Translations under genes and position numbers: made by a program | Notes under the pieces: generated by a model | Database searches by the model: none | The model's input: the letters and a program-made list of their open reading frames with translations, nothing else | What the model was told of the DNA's origin: nothing | Shown: positions 30,068 to 38,833 of the stretch, in pieces | How the letters are laid out: each line of letters opens with the position of its first letter | How positions within the stretch are numbered: the first letter of the stretch is position 1 | Assembly (NCBI GenBank): GCA_044343155.1 | Contig: JAVZSS010000001.1 | Coordinates: forward strand, 6,023-70,022 | Reading direction: 5' to 3' | Origin: Candidatus Aenigmatarchaeota archaeon | GTDB taxonomy: Archaea > Aenigmatarchaeota > Aenigmatarchaeia > CG10238-14 > SpSt-28 | DNA length: 64,000 nucleotides

Positions 30068-30624
30068 CCCGTCACCTGAAGTCTTGTATCACCATTTGGG
30101 TTTGTTTCCAGATAAAAGATAATTGAGGGAGAAGCCATTCCTTTAACTTCATATACTATATATTTTACCGAATTTAGATTTAGAATTGAAGAACTTGTGC
30201 AAGACTCTGAAATTACTGTGAAGTCTGTTGAAGTATTGATACTTTTTTCACAAATCTGAATTTCATTATCATTAGTATCATAGTATTTACAAATTAACCT
30301 TACTTTTGAAGGTTGGGAAGAATAGATTTTTATAGAAAAGTGACATGTAGGAATATAACTAAAGTTAATTCCTCCAAAGTCATCTGACCAAAAGATAATA
30401 GATTGACCATCTTGAAATTGGATTGTGTAAGTAGAATTTGGTTGTACGTTTAGTAGAAGCTTACCTATAGTGTTATTATTGCTCTCTAAATCAGCATAGA
30501 ATGTTGGTCCTCGAACACTAACAGTTCCCAGAACTTTACCATAATAACTTAAAACTCCGGCATAAGTTAGACTAATGAATAAGAAAAACACCATTCCAAA
30601 CATTATCAAGTGTCCCACCTTCAT
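30064..30624 (-). CDS. Secreted/membrane-anchored protein, paralog 1
   Basis: 186 aa; N-terminal hydrophobic segment then LSYYGKVLGTVSV, shared with the 30738..31334 protein. Confidence 0.45.
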   Translation of the reverse strand: MKVGHLIMFGMVFFLFISLTYAGVLSYYGKVLGTVSVRGPTFYADLESNNNTIGKLLLNVQPNSTYTIQFQDGQSIIFWSDDFGGINFSYIPTCHFSIKIYSSQPSKVRLICKYYDTNDNEIQICEKSINTSTDFTVISESCTSSSILNLNSVKYIVYEVKGMASPSIIFYLETNPNGDTRLQVTG

Positions 30625-30737
30625 TTTCTCCCTTCTTCAAGACCCCTGGCAGTTTGACCTGCCCAGAGCTCATAAAAAAACAAAAATGGGGTAGAAACAA
30701 AACTATAGTATTTTACTTGTTTTAATGCTGTTTTACT

Positions 30738-31334
30738 TTATGCTGGTAAGACTTTTACAGTATAGGTATAGTTACCTGGTTCTGCATTAATCTTGAATTT
30801 TATTTTAATACAAAAGTCTTTTTCTCCTCCCGCTTCAAGCTCTAATCTTCTTCCTACTTTTCCTTCTTCAATTCCTGAACCTATCTCATTGTCTGTACAA
30901 CTACCACTAATATATTCTACAAACTTAACCGACTCAATTGCTGCATCTAAATTTGTTTCATTGTCTACTTCATTGTTATTATCATTATCTATACCCACTA
31001 TAATGCTTGCAGATGATTGGCTTGCATAATTTTTAACTCTAAAATATTTTATCTCAGCATTGTTTGACGAGTCCTTTCCATTAACTAGTTCGTCTCCTGC
31101 AACTATCTCACTATAAAAATTTATCTCTCCTTTATAGTCAATTTCCTGAATTTGTTGGTTATCACTACCATAATCAGAAAGTTTTACCGACTGTTGTACT
31201 GTTGCTGTTCCTACTGCTCTTCCATAATAAGTTAGTAGTCCTGCAATTCCTAAACCTGCTAGAACGCTCAAGACAATCATTGTTGCTAGCACAACCCCCC
31301 AATTCAACTTATTACCTTTCATTCGACTCACCAT
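30738..31334 (-). CDS. Secreted/membrane-anchored protein, paralog 2
   Basis: 198 aa; N-terminal TM then LTYYGRAVGTATV; D/N-rich middle; higher GC codons than host genes. Confidence 0.45.
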   Translation of the reverse strand: MVSRMKGNKLNWGVVLATMIVLSVLAGLGIAGLLTYYGRAVGTATVQQSVKLSDYGSDNQQIQEIDYKGEINFYSEIVAGDELVNGKDSSNNAEIKYFRVKNYASQSSASIIVGIDNDNNNEVDNETNLDAAIESVKFVEYISGSCTDNEIGSGIEEGKVGRRLELEAGGEKDFCIKIKFKINAEPGNYTYTVKVLPA

Positions 31335-31377
31335 AATATTTTTTGAACAAAACTAATTTAAGCTTTACCATTTTTAA

Positions 31378-31406
31378 TGTACCAACTGTGTACCATTATT
31401 GTACCA
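31378..31406. promoter_or_regulatory. Three phased direct repeats TGTACCA at exact 11-bp spacing (putative operator)
   Basis: tgtacca at 31378, 31389 and 31400, in the 81-bp gap between the ArsR-family gene stop and the start of the 198-aa secreted-protein gene. Confidence 0.5.
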
Positions 31407-31415
31407 ATTTTGAAT

Positions 31416-31799
31416 TTATCTAACCTTTTTATTTATGTTACATGCTTTTTCTAATTGGGCCTGAGTAAAGAAGTTTCTAGTAGCATAGAGATATATTTCT
31501 TTAATTAAATCAATTTTTTCCTTAACTAGCCCCCAAATTTTTCTTCTCTTTCCATTCTTAGATGTCTTGACTACATTTACAATTCCGTATTCTTTCAATT
31601 TCTCTAAATGATGTAAAACTACTCTATGATTTTTCCCTAAATGATAAGAAATCCTCTCAACACTTAAAGAATGGTCAGTTATACTTGATTTTATCAATAA
31701 ATAAAGGATAGCTACTCGAGTTAAATTCGAGCAAATAAAATCAAGGTCGGCATATATTGCTCTTTCATTTACTTCTTTGCTCTTAAAAATTAACTCCAT
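31416..31799 (-). CDS. ArsR-family winged-helix transcriptional regulator
   Basis: 127 aa; RVAILYLL..SVERISYHLGKNHRVVLHHLEKLKEYGIV classic ArsR HTH. Confidence 0.65.
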   Translation of the reverse strand: MELIFKSKEVNERAIYADLDFICSNLTRVAILYLLIKSSITDHSLSVERISYHLGKNHRVVLHHLEKLKEYGIVNVVKTSKNGKRRKIWGLVKEKIDLIKEIYLYATRNFFTQAQLEKACNINKKVR

Positions 31800-31854
31800 A
31801 AACTTAGTTTTATGTTGAATATTTAAATTTAATAAATAAAAACAAATACTATCT

Positions 31855-32154
31855 ATGGAAATAGAAATAGAAAAGTACTTTCTAAAAATAGATCCTAATA
31901 AGGTACTTTCAAAAATTGTAGAAGAAAGAGTTAATCGCGCTTTTTCTATTTTATTGCTGATTGAAACAATAATAAAAGAAAAACTTGGAAAAAATGTTGA
32001 ATCTTTAAACTTACCTCTTCTAATTGGAAATTCAGTTAAATCTCAAGATGAAAAAGATCAATTCTTAAAGTTGTTAAAAGAAAGGGGAATGAAAGAAAAG
32101 GATTTAGATTTTATAAGGAAACTTATAGAAGAAGTTTATTTCTTAATAGGTTAA
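31855..32154 (+). CDS. Hypothetical small protein
   Basis: 99 aa ORF, divergent from integrase. Confidence 0.3.
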   Translation: MEIEIEKYFLKIDPNKVLSKIVEERVNRAFSILLLIETIIKEKLGKNVESLNLPLLIGNSVKSQDEKDQFLKLLKERGMKEKDLDFIRKLIEEVYFLIG

Positions 32155-32188
32155 GAAATTAACAAAAATTTTTGTTTCATCAATCATG

Positions 32189-33418
32189 TCATTCACTTAA
32201 CATTTGTATTAATTTTTTCTTAAATTCTTTTGGTAGCTCTTCATTCAGCATTTTTTCGGTTCCTTCTATCATTGCTTTTAAAACTTTAGGGTCCCCCATC
32301 AATCTTAACATCCATTCGTCTATAATTTTTCTTCTTTCCTCTATCTCAAAAGAAGCCTGTAAGGTTAAAGGCATTCCACAACTTCTGCAAAAACTATTAG
32401 TTGCTTCGTTAATTGTTTTACATCTTACACATACAATTGGTTCCATTTTACTTTCTACTTTTTCTTTTTCTACTCTCTTTATTCCATAAACTTTTCCTAA
32501 AATTGCCTCATCTATATCCCTTGCAGACAAATGTACATAGGTTGCTGCCATTTTACTTGCTTGAGTCCAACCAGCGTAAAATTTTAGCTCTTGTTCAGTT
32601 AAAAACTTTGCTAATTGAGTTAACCTACTATGCCTAAATAAATAAGGATTTATTGTCTTTTTTAAACCAGCAAGTTTTGCAGCTTTTCTTATAACCTTAA
32701 CAAGAGCAGCATAGGTCATAGGTTGGTATTTTCCAACATTCCCTGTTAATATCCACAAAGGTGAGCTCTTATCTTGCTTGAAAGGATGATTTTCAATCCA
32801 ATTTGCCAAGTACGGAGATGCTATTAACAGTCTAATCTTCCTCATTCCAGTTTTCCCAGTAAGAACAATTAAAGCACCATATTCGTCGAAAGTTACATCC
32901 ATTATTCGCATTCCCAGAATTTCTCCAGGTCTTCCTGCACTTTCATATAAACATGCTATTAATGCTTTATCTCTTAAGTTATCGCATTTCTCTATAAGTT
33001 TTTTAACATCTTCTTCAGTAAGTAACTCTTCAGGTAGTTTTGTTTCATTGAGTTTTACATGAATTTTAATATCTTTAACCAAATCTTCTTTTCCCAACCA
33101 TTTGAAAAATTTTCTTATAATAACTCTATACATAGAAACTGTCCAAGGAGAAAAACCACTTTCCTCTATTTTTCTAAGTAGTACTAATATATCATTCTTA
33201 TTTACTTTCTTCAAATCTTTCCTTACCCATTTACAAATTTTATGTAAACATTGTACATACCTACTTACTCTTCCTTTACTCAGTCTTTCATAAACACTTG
33301 TTTCAACAAACTTTTTAATAAGCTCCTTATTACTTTTCAGAACTCCTTTATCTTTCTCCAATCTTTTTAGATCATCCTTAAGCCTTTCTTCATAGTTATG
33401 TATATCAACCTTTTCCAT
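32189..33418 (-). CDS. int: Tyrosine recombinase/integrase (intact)
   Basis: 409 aa; catalytic box residues in RPGEILGMRI, LFRHSRLT and ATYVHLS (R..H-x-x-R..Y); 50 nt from tRNA-Asp 3' end. Confidence 0.85.
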   Translation of the reverse strand: MEKVDIHNYEERLKDDLKRLEKDKGVLKSNKELIKKFVETSVYERLSKGRVSRYVQCLHKICKWVRKDLKKVNKNDILVLLRKIEESGFSPWTVSMYRVIIRKFFKWLGKEDLVKDIKIHVKLNETKLPEELLTEEDVKKLIEKCDNLRDKALIACLYESAGRPGEILGMRIMDVTFDEYGALIVLTGKTGMRKIRLLIASPYLANWIENHPFKQDKSSPLWILTGNVGKYQPMTYAALVKVIRKAAKLAGLKKTINPYLFRHSRLTQLAKFLTEQELKFYAGWTQASKMAATYVHLSARDIDEAILGKVYGIKRVEKEKVESKMEPIVCVRCKTINEATNSFCRSCGMPLTLQASFEIEERRKIIDEWMLRLMGDPKVLKAMIEGTEKMLNEELPKEFKKKLIQMLSE

Positions 33419-33467
33419 ATTTAGAGGTTAAGAGTAAGGGTTTAAATATTTTTAACTTAAGGATAAG

Positions 33468-33540
33468 CGCCCCCGCCGGGATTCGAACCCGGGTCTCAGG
33501 CGTGACAGGCCTGCATCCTAGACCACTAGACGACGAGGGC
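33468..33540 (-). tRNA. tRNA-Asp (anticodon GTC)
   Basis: Acceptor GCCCUCG/CGGGGGC (one G-U), anticodon arm CAGGC-CUGUCAC-GCCUG, T-arm CCGGG-UUCGAAU-CCCGG, discriminator G. Confidence 0.85.
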
Positions 33541-33593
33541 ATTTTATATATTTATTAAAGCTCATAAGATAAATTTTAAAACAATAAAAATAG

Positions 33594-33714
33594 GGTTGGC
33601 AGCGACGTGGATTTCCCACTCCATAGCGGAGCAGTACTTTCCACACCTCTGGGAGGCTTAACTTCCGGGTTCGGAATGGGACCGGGTGTTTCCCTCCCGA
33701 TCTGGCCGCCAACC
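33594..33714 (-). rRNA. rrf: 5S ribosomal RNA
   Basis: GC-rich 121-nt island; minus-strand read GGUUGGCGGCC...CACCCGGUCCCAUUCCGAACCCGGAAGUUAAGCC...GCUGCCAACC with helix I pairing of the ends and universal loop C/helix III block. Confidence 0.85.
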
Positions 33715-33777
33715 AATATAATATTGGAGAATGTTATTTAAATTTTATTTTTTTAATCCAATTTTTAAATTTAAAAG

Positions 33778-34167
33778 ATGGAAGAAGAGAGAAAAAGAGA
33801 ATTGGGAGAAAAATATACATATTTACAGATTCTTTTGGAAAATTTGCTAAGACAGCGAGAGGCTTTAGTTAAAAACTTAGAAGAAATAGAAGAAACCCTA
33901 GAAGCAATTAAAAATTTAAAAAGCGATATGGAAATTCTTTTTTCGGTTGGGGGAAATGTTTTTGGTTTTGGGAAGCTATTAAGTGAAAGATTTTTAGTAA
34001 ATGTTGGCTCTAATATTGGAATTGAAGTTAACAAAGAAAAAGCTTCCGAAATTTTGGAAAGAAGTAAGGAAACTTTAATAAAAAATCTAAATGAAATAGA
34101 AAAAAATATAAATAAAATTGTTTCTGAACAACAAAAAATATTAAACATACTTCAAAATAAAAAATAA
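33778..34167 (+). CDS. pfdA: Prefoldin alpha subunit
   Basis: 129 aa coiled coil - two beta hairpins (ILFSVGGNVFGFGKLL, FLVNVGSNIGIEV) - coiled coil; conserved position upstream of ftsY. Confidence 0.65.
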   Translation: MEEERKRELGEKYTYLQILLENLLRQREALVKNLEEIEETLEAIKNLKSDMEILFSVGGNVFGFGKLLSERFLVNVGSNIGIEVNKEKASEILERSKETLIKNLNEIEKNINKIVSEQQKILNILQNKK

Positions 34168-34170
34168 AAT

Positions 34171-35112
34171 ATGTTAGATTTTCTAAAAAACAAATTTAAA
34201 AAAATTTTAGAAAAAATTACCAAAGAAGTTAAAACTAAGGAAGAAAAGGCCCCTAAAATTATAAAAAAACTATTTATCAAAAAATTAGAAGAAAAAGATA
34301 TAAGACCGGTTTTAGAAGATCTAGAAGTTGAACTAATACAAGCTGATGTCGCTTTAGAAGTTTGTGAAAAAATTAAAGAAGAACTAATCAAAGAATTGGT
34401 ATCCAAAGAAATAAAAAAAGGTGAAGAAGAAAAATTTATAAAAAACGCATTAAGGAAGAGTTTGCTAAACATTCTAGATCTACCTAAAATTGATTTGTTA
34501 AAAGAGATTCAAAGAAAAAAACCATTTTTAATTGTCTTCTTCGGTTTTAACGGTTCTGGAAAAACTACTACTATAGCAAAAATAGCAAACTATCTTAAAA
34601 ATAGGAATTTAAAATGTGTACTTGCAGCTGGTGACACGTTTAGGGCTGCATCCATTGAACAATTAGAAGAACATGCAAAAAAATTGGGAATAGAAGTTAT
34701 AAAACAAAAATATGGTGCCGATCCTGCCGCAGTAATATATGATGCAAAAAAACACGCTGAAGCAAAAAAGATTGATGTTATACTTGCTGATACTGCTGGT
34801 AGAAGCTATTCAAATGAAAATTTAATGGAAGAATTAAAAAAAATTGTTAGAGTTAATAAGCCAGACCTAAAAATTTTAGTTATAGATAGCTTAACTGGTA
34901 ATGATGCTGTCAATCAAGCAAAATATTTTGGGGAAATAGGTGTTGATGCATTAGTTTTTACTAAGTTAGATGTTAATGAAAAAGGCGGTGCAATTCTTAG
35001 TGTTAGTTATATTTTAAAAAAGCCAATATTGTTTTTGGCAGATGGACAATCGTATGAGGATCTTAAAGAATTTGATGCCGAATCTTTTATCGATAATTTA
35101 TTGGGAGAATGA
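34171..35112 (+). CDS. ftsY: Signal recognition particle receptor FtsY
   Basis: 313 aa; NG domain with GFNGSGKTTT, DTAGR, TKLD motifs. Confidence 0.9.
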   Translation: MLDFLKNKFKKILEKITKEVKTKEEKAPKIIKKLFIKKLEEKDIRPVLEDLEVELIQADVALEVCEKIKEELIKELVSKEIKKGEEEKFIKNALRKSLLNILDLPKIDLLKEIQRKKPFLIVFFGFNGSGKTTTIAKIANYLKNRNLKCVLAAGDTFRAASIEQLEEHAKKLGIEVIKQKYGADPAAVIYDAKKHAEAKKIDVILADTAGRSYSNENLMEELKKIVRVNKPDLKILVIDSLTGNDAVNQAKYFGEIGVDALVFTKLDVNEKGGAILSVSYILKKPILFLADGQSYEDLKEFDAESFIDNLLGE

Positions 35113-35123
35113 TAATTTAGTTT

Positions 35124-36425
35124 ATGTTAGAGACTTTAGCTGAAAAGCTTAAAAATAGTATAAGAAAATTAATTGGAAAGAGCTCAGTAGATGAAAAGGC
35201 CATAGAAGAATTATTAAAAGAATTAAAACTAATATTGTTAGAGGCTGACGTAGATGTAGAAATTGTTAATTCCTTTTTAGAAAATATTAAAAAGAGAGTG
35301 TTTAAAGAAAAGATCCCTCCAGGTTTCACTTTAAGAGATTATACAATCAAAGTCGTTTATGAAGAACTAGTTAAAATACTTGGTGAAAAACCGTATGAAA
35401 TAAATGGGAAAAAAATTATGTTGATTGGTTTGTTTGGCTCCGGAAAAACCACTACTGCCGCAAAACTTGCAAATTATTTGAAGAAATTCGGTAAGGTCGG
35501 GTTGGTTGGATTAGATTATCATAGACCTGCTGCACCAGAACAGCTAAAACAACTAGCTGAAAAGATAAATGTGAAGTATCTGATTGGGTTTAATGCTTAT
35601 GAAGTGGCCAAAGAAAGTTTAGAAAAATTTAAAAATTTTGATTATATAATTTACGATACTGCTGGTAGAGATGCTTTGGATAAAGAATTATCTACTGAAT
35701 TGAAAAAATTAGAAGAATTAATAAAACCAGATGAAAAAATACTTATAATTCCTGCAGAAATTGGTAAAATCGCAAAAAAACAAGCTGAGGAGTTTAATAA
35801 ATTAGTCGGAATAACTGGAATTATAGTTACTAAAATGGATTCTTCTGCAAAGGCTGGATCGGCAATTTCTGCATGTGTTGCGACTGGTGCCAAAGTAAAA
35901 TTTGTTTGTTATGGCGAAAAGTTGGATGCTATAGAAAAATATGACCCAAAAAGATTTGTTTCTAGAATTTTAGGTTTGGGTGATTTAGAAACTTTACTGG
36001 AAAAAGCAAAAGAGGTCATTAAACCTGAAAAAGTTGAAAAAATTGTTGAAGGTGATTTTACTCTAGAAGATTTTATTGAACAATTAGAAAGTTTAAAACA
36101 AATGGGACCGTTTGATAAAATATTATCTATGATACCAGGTTTCAGTATGCCCAAGGATTTAATTAGTAAACAAGAAGAAAGCATGAAAAAATGGAAATAC
36201 ATATATCAATCTATGACTCCTAAAGAAAGAAAAAATCCTGAAATAATCGATGAAAGTAGAATAAAAAGAATTGCTAAAGGGAGTGGGACCTCAGAAGAAG
36301 ATGTAAGAAATCTTCTTTCTAATTATTTTAAGTTTAAAAAAATTATGAAAAGTCTAGGTGGATTACGAGGAATTAATTTTAGCAATATCCAAAAGTTTAT
36401 GAAACAATTTGGATTTAAAATGTGA
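35124..36425 (+). CDS. srp54: Signal recognition particle protein SRP54
   Basis: 433 aa; GLFGSGKTTT, DTAGR, TKMD and Met-rich C-terminal M domain. Confidence 0.9.
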   Translation: MLETLAEKLKNSIRKLIGKSSVDEKAIEELLKELKLILLEADVDVEIVNSFLENIKKRVFKEKIPPGFTLRDYTIKVVYEELVKILGEKPYEINGKKIMLIGLFGSGKTTTAAKLANYLKKFGKVGLVGLDYHRPAAPEQLKQLAEKINVKYLIGFNAYEVAKESLEKFKNFDYIIYDTAGRDALDKELSTELKKLEELIKPDEKILIIPAEIGKIAKKQAEEFNKLVGITGIIVTKMDSSAKAGSAISACVATGAKVKFVCYGEKLDAIEKYDPKRFVSRILGLGDLETLLEKAKEVIKPEKVEKIVEGDFTLEDFIEQLESLKQMGPFDKILSMIPGFSMPKDLISKQEESMKKWKYIYQSMTPKERKNPEIIDESRIKRIAKGSGTSEEDVRNLLSNYFKFKKIMKSLGGLRGINFSNIQKFMKQFGFKM

Positions 36426-36429
36426 AATT

Positions 36430-37011
36430 ATGAGGGAGTTTATTCTTTTTTCTCGAGGTGTAACTTCAGATTTTAGCTTAAATAATCTGGTTAATGCTGG
36501 TAGAATGGATTTAGTTGCAAGATGTATATCTACAGCCATATTTCTTTCATATTCTTTAAGAAAAGATGTTAAATTTCATGTAGTATTAAACGGACCGCCT
36601 AATCCTCCAGTGACTATATCCTTTTTTACAAATGAACTAAAAAATGTTTCTCCAGATGAAAGAAATATTGCCTCCCATATAAAAATTGCATTAAAAAATT
36701 TAGGTAAAAAAGAAATAAGTGAACCAGGAATATATGTGAAAAAAATTGGTTTTGAAAATTTAGTAAGAGAAAAAGTAGAAGAATACAAAAATTCAGTTTT
36801 TTATTTACACAAAGATGGGGAAGATATAAAAAATATAAACATAAATAAAGATTTTGTTGTAATAATTGGTGATAATAAGGGAATTCCAAAAATATATGAA
36901 AATTTTTTAGAAAAAATAAGTGTTAAAAAAATTTCTTTAGGAAAGATAGAATATTTGAGCTCCCAATGTATAGCAATATTTAATTATGAGGTAGATAGAA
37001 GATGGATATAA
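36430..37011 (+). CDS. trmY: tRNA (pseudouridine54-N1)-methyltransferase TrmY (SPOUT, DUF358)
   Basis: MREFILFSRG..GRMDLVARCISTAIFLSYSLRKD N-terminus typical of TrmY; start moved to ATG 36430. Confidence 0.65.
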   Translation: MREFILFSRGVTSDFSLNNLVNAGRMDLVARCISTAIFLSYSLRKDVKFHVVLNGPPNPPVTISFFTNELKNVSPDERNIASHIKIALKNLGKKEISEPGIYVKKIGFENLVREKVEEYKNSVFYLHKDGEDIKNININKDFVVIIGDNKGIPKIYENFLEKISVKKISLGKIEYLSSQCIAIFNYEVDRRWI

Positions 37012-38294
37012 TACAAACTGCTTTAGAATTGATGAAAAGAGGTAAAATTTGTAACAACTGCTTAGGTAGAGTTTTTGCCAATTTGTTAAGTGGCTATTCT
37101 AATGAAGAAAGGGGTAAATTTATAAGAAATGTTGTTGCAATGATGTATGATTCTGGAAAAGAGATGGAAATAGATTTATCAAACTTTTATGGAATAAAGT
37201 TTAGAAATAAAAAACTTGAGATTTCGGATAAAAAATGTTATATTTGTAATAACTTTTTTCAAGAAAAAATATTTGAGATTTCAAAAAAGATAATTGAAAA
37301 ATTAAAAGAATATGAATTTTCAACCTTTTTAATAGGCACAAAGCTTTCTTCAGAACTAAAAATTAGAGAAGAAGAATTGCTTGAATTCATCAATCCAGAA
37401 TATTATGAATCAATAAAAAACGAGATAAATAGAGAAATTGGAAAAATAGTAGAAAAAAACTTGAATAAGAAAATGGATCGAAACAACCCAGAAATTACAG
37501 TGTTAATAGATTTAGAAAAAGAAACAATATCATTGAATATAAAAAGTTTGTTCATAGCTGGTGAATATAAAAAGTTTGTTAGAAATATTCCACAAGCAAC
37601 TTGGTATTGTCAAGAATGTAATGGAAAAGGATGTGAAAAATGTGGTGGAAAAGGTTTATTATATTCAACTTCAATTCAAATGATAATAGAAAAACCTTTA
37701 CTTAAGATGGCTAAAGGAAAAAAATCCAAATTACATGCTGAAGGTAGAGAGGATATAGATGTTAGATGTTTAGGTTGGAGACCATTTGTTATAGAAATTG
37801 TCAAACCTAAAATTAGAAAAATAGATTTAAAAAAAGCTGAAAAAAATATTAACAAATCCAAGAAAATAAAGGTAAGGTTTTTGAAAATACTCGAGGAAGG
37901 GAAAAGAGTAATAAAGTTTTTGAAAACGGAAAAATCAGATAAATTATACAGAGCTGAGATTATTTTTAAGAACAATATAGATTTGGAAAAATTAAAATTA
38001 TTAAAAAAAATTAAAAATTTGGTAGTAATTCAAAGAACACCCTTGAGAGTTTTGAAGAGAAGAAGTGATAAAATTAGAAAAAAAATAGTTAAAAAAATTA
38101 AATTCAAATTAAAAAACAAAAAAACCATTATACTAGAAATACTCTCCTCTTCAGGGCTTTATGTTAAGGAATTTATAACCGGAGATATGGGGAGGACAAA
38201 ACCTAGTATAGCTGAAATTTTAAATAATACACCAATAAAGGTTATATTAGATGTAGTTAAAATTAATAGTAAGTTTAAAGAAGTGATACAATGA
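37002..38294 (+). CDS. pus10: tRNA pseudouridine(54/55) synthase Pus10
   Basis: 430 aa; N-terminal CNNCLGR Zn knuckle, second CxxC..CxxC cluster (CQECNGKGCEKCGGKG), THUMP-like and PUS catalytic region. Confidence 0.7.
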   Translation: MDIIQTALELMKRGKICNNCLGRVFANLLSGYSNEERGKFIRNVVAMMYDSGKEMEIDLSNFYGIKFRNKKLEISDKKCYICNNFFQEKIFEISKKIIEKLKEYEFSTFLIGTKLSSELKIREEELLEFINPEYYESIKNEINREIGKIVEKNLNKKMDRNNPEITVLIDLEKETISLNIKSLFIAGEYKKFVRNIPQATWYCQECNGKGCEKCGGKGLLYSTSIQMIIEKPLLKMAKGKKSKLHAEGREDIDVRCLGWRPFVIEIVKPKIRKIDLKKAEKNINKSKKIKVRFLKILEEGKRVIKFLKTEKSDKLYRAEIIFKNNIDLEKLKLLKKIKNLVVIQRTPLRVLKRRSDKIRKKIVKKIKFKLKNKKTIILEILSSSGLYVKEFITGDMGRTKPSIAEILNNTPIKVILDVVKINSKFKEVIQ

Positions 38295-38833
38295 AAGCTA
38301 TAGTACCTTTGGCTGAAGGATTTGAAGAAATAGAAGCAATAACAATAATAGATATCCTTAGAAGAGCTGGGATAAAAGTAGATGTTGTAGGAATAGAAGA
38401 TGAAATAGTTATGGGGAGAAATGGTATAAAAGTTATTTGTGATAAAACTTTAAACGAAATTGAAGAGTTAGATTATGAGTTAATCGTTTTACCTGGGGGA
38501 AATCCGGGATATAAAAATTTAATGAATTCTGAAACCATTTTAAACATTATTAGAAATATGAATTCTAAAGGAAGAATTATTGGAGCCATTTGTGCTGCTC
38601 CATTAGTTTTAGTTAAAGCTGGTATACTCAAAGATAAAAAAGCAACTTGCTATCCAAAATTGAAAGATGAAATCCCAAATTATGAAGATAAAAAGGTTGT
38701 AGTTGACGGCAATATTATAACATCTCAAGGTCCCTCAACTGCCCTTGAATTTTCTCTCGAAATAGTAAAAATTTTAAAACCAGAAATATATGAACAAATT
38801 AGAAGAGATTTGCTATGTGATAAATATGGTTAA
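38291..38833 (+). CDS. DJ-1/PfpI family protein
   Basis: 180 aa; nucleophile elbow AICAAPLVL. Confidence 0.85.
   Translation: MKAIVPLAEGFEEIEAITIIDILRRAGIKVDVVGIEDEIVMGRNGIKVICDKTLNEIEELDYELIVLPGGNPGYKNLMNSETILNIIRNMNSKGRIIGAICAAPLVLVKAGILKDKKATCYPKLKDEIPNYEDKKVVVDGNIITSQGPSTALEFSLEIVKILKPEIYEQIRRDLLCDKYG

Larger units (their letters stand above)
23401..33483. mobile_element. Integrated plasmid/provirus-like element (about 10.1 kb) in the 3' end of tRNA-Asp(GTC)
   Basis: Direct repeats at both ends; intact tyrosine integrase next to the reconstituted tRNA; cargo of regulators, a putative replication protein, zinc-finger proteins and secreted proteins; coding strand switches relative to flanks. 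Confidence 0.6.

Noticed and set aside
30625-30737. GC-richer palindromic stretch ctggcagtttgacctgcccag
   Set aside because: Short imperfect hairpin at a gene boundary, most simply a terminator for the upstream secreted-protein gene; no covariation or length to suggest an ncRNA.
33518-33712. 64-aa minus-strand ORF (MAARSGGKHPVPF...)
   Set aside because: Coincides with the 5S rRNA gene and tRNA-Asp flank; Arg/Gly/Pro-rich translation is typical of a GC-rich RNA gene read as protein.
33771-34472. Two antisense ORFs (125 aa, 106 aa) opposite prefoldin and ftsY
   Set aside because: Low-complexity S/F/L-rich translations antisense to well-supported conserved genes.
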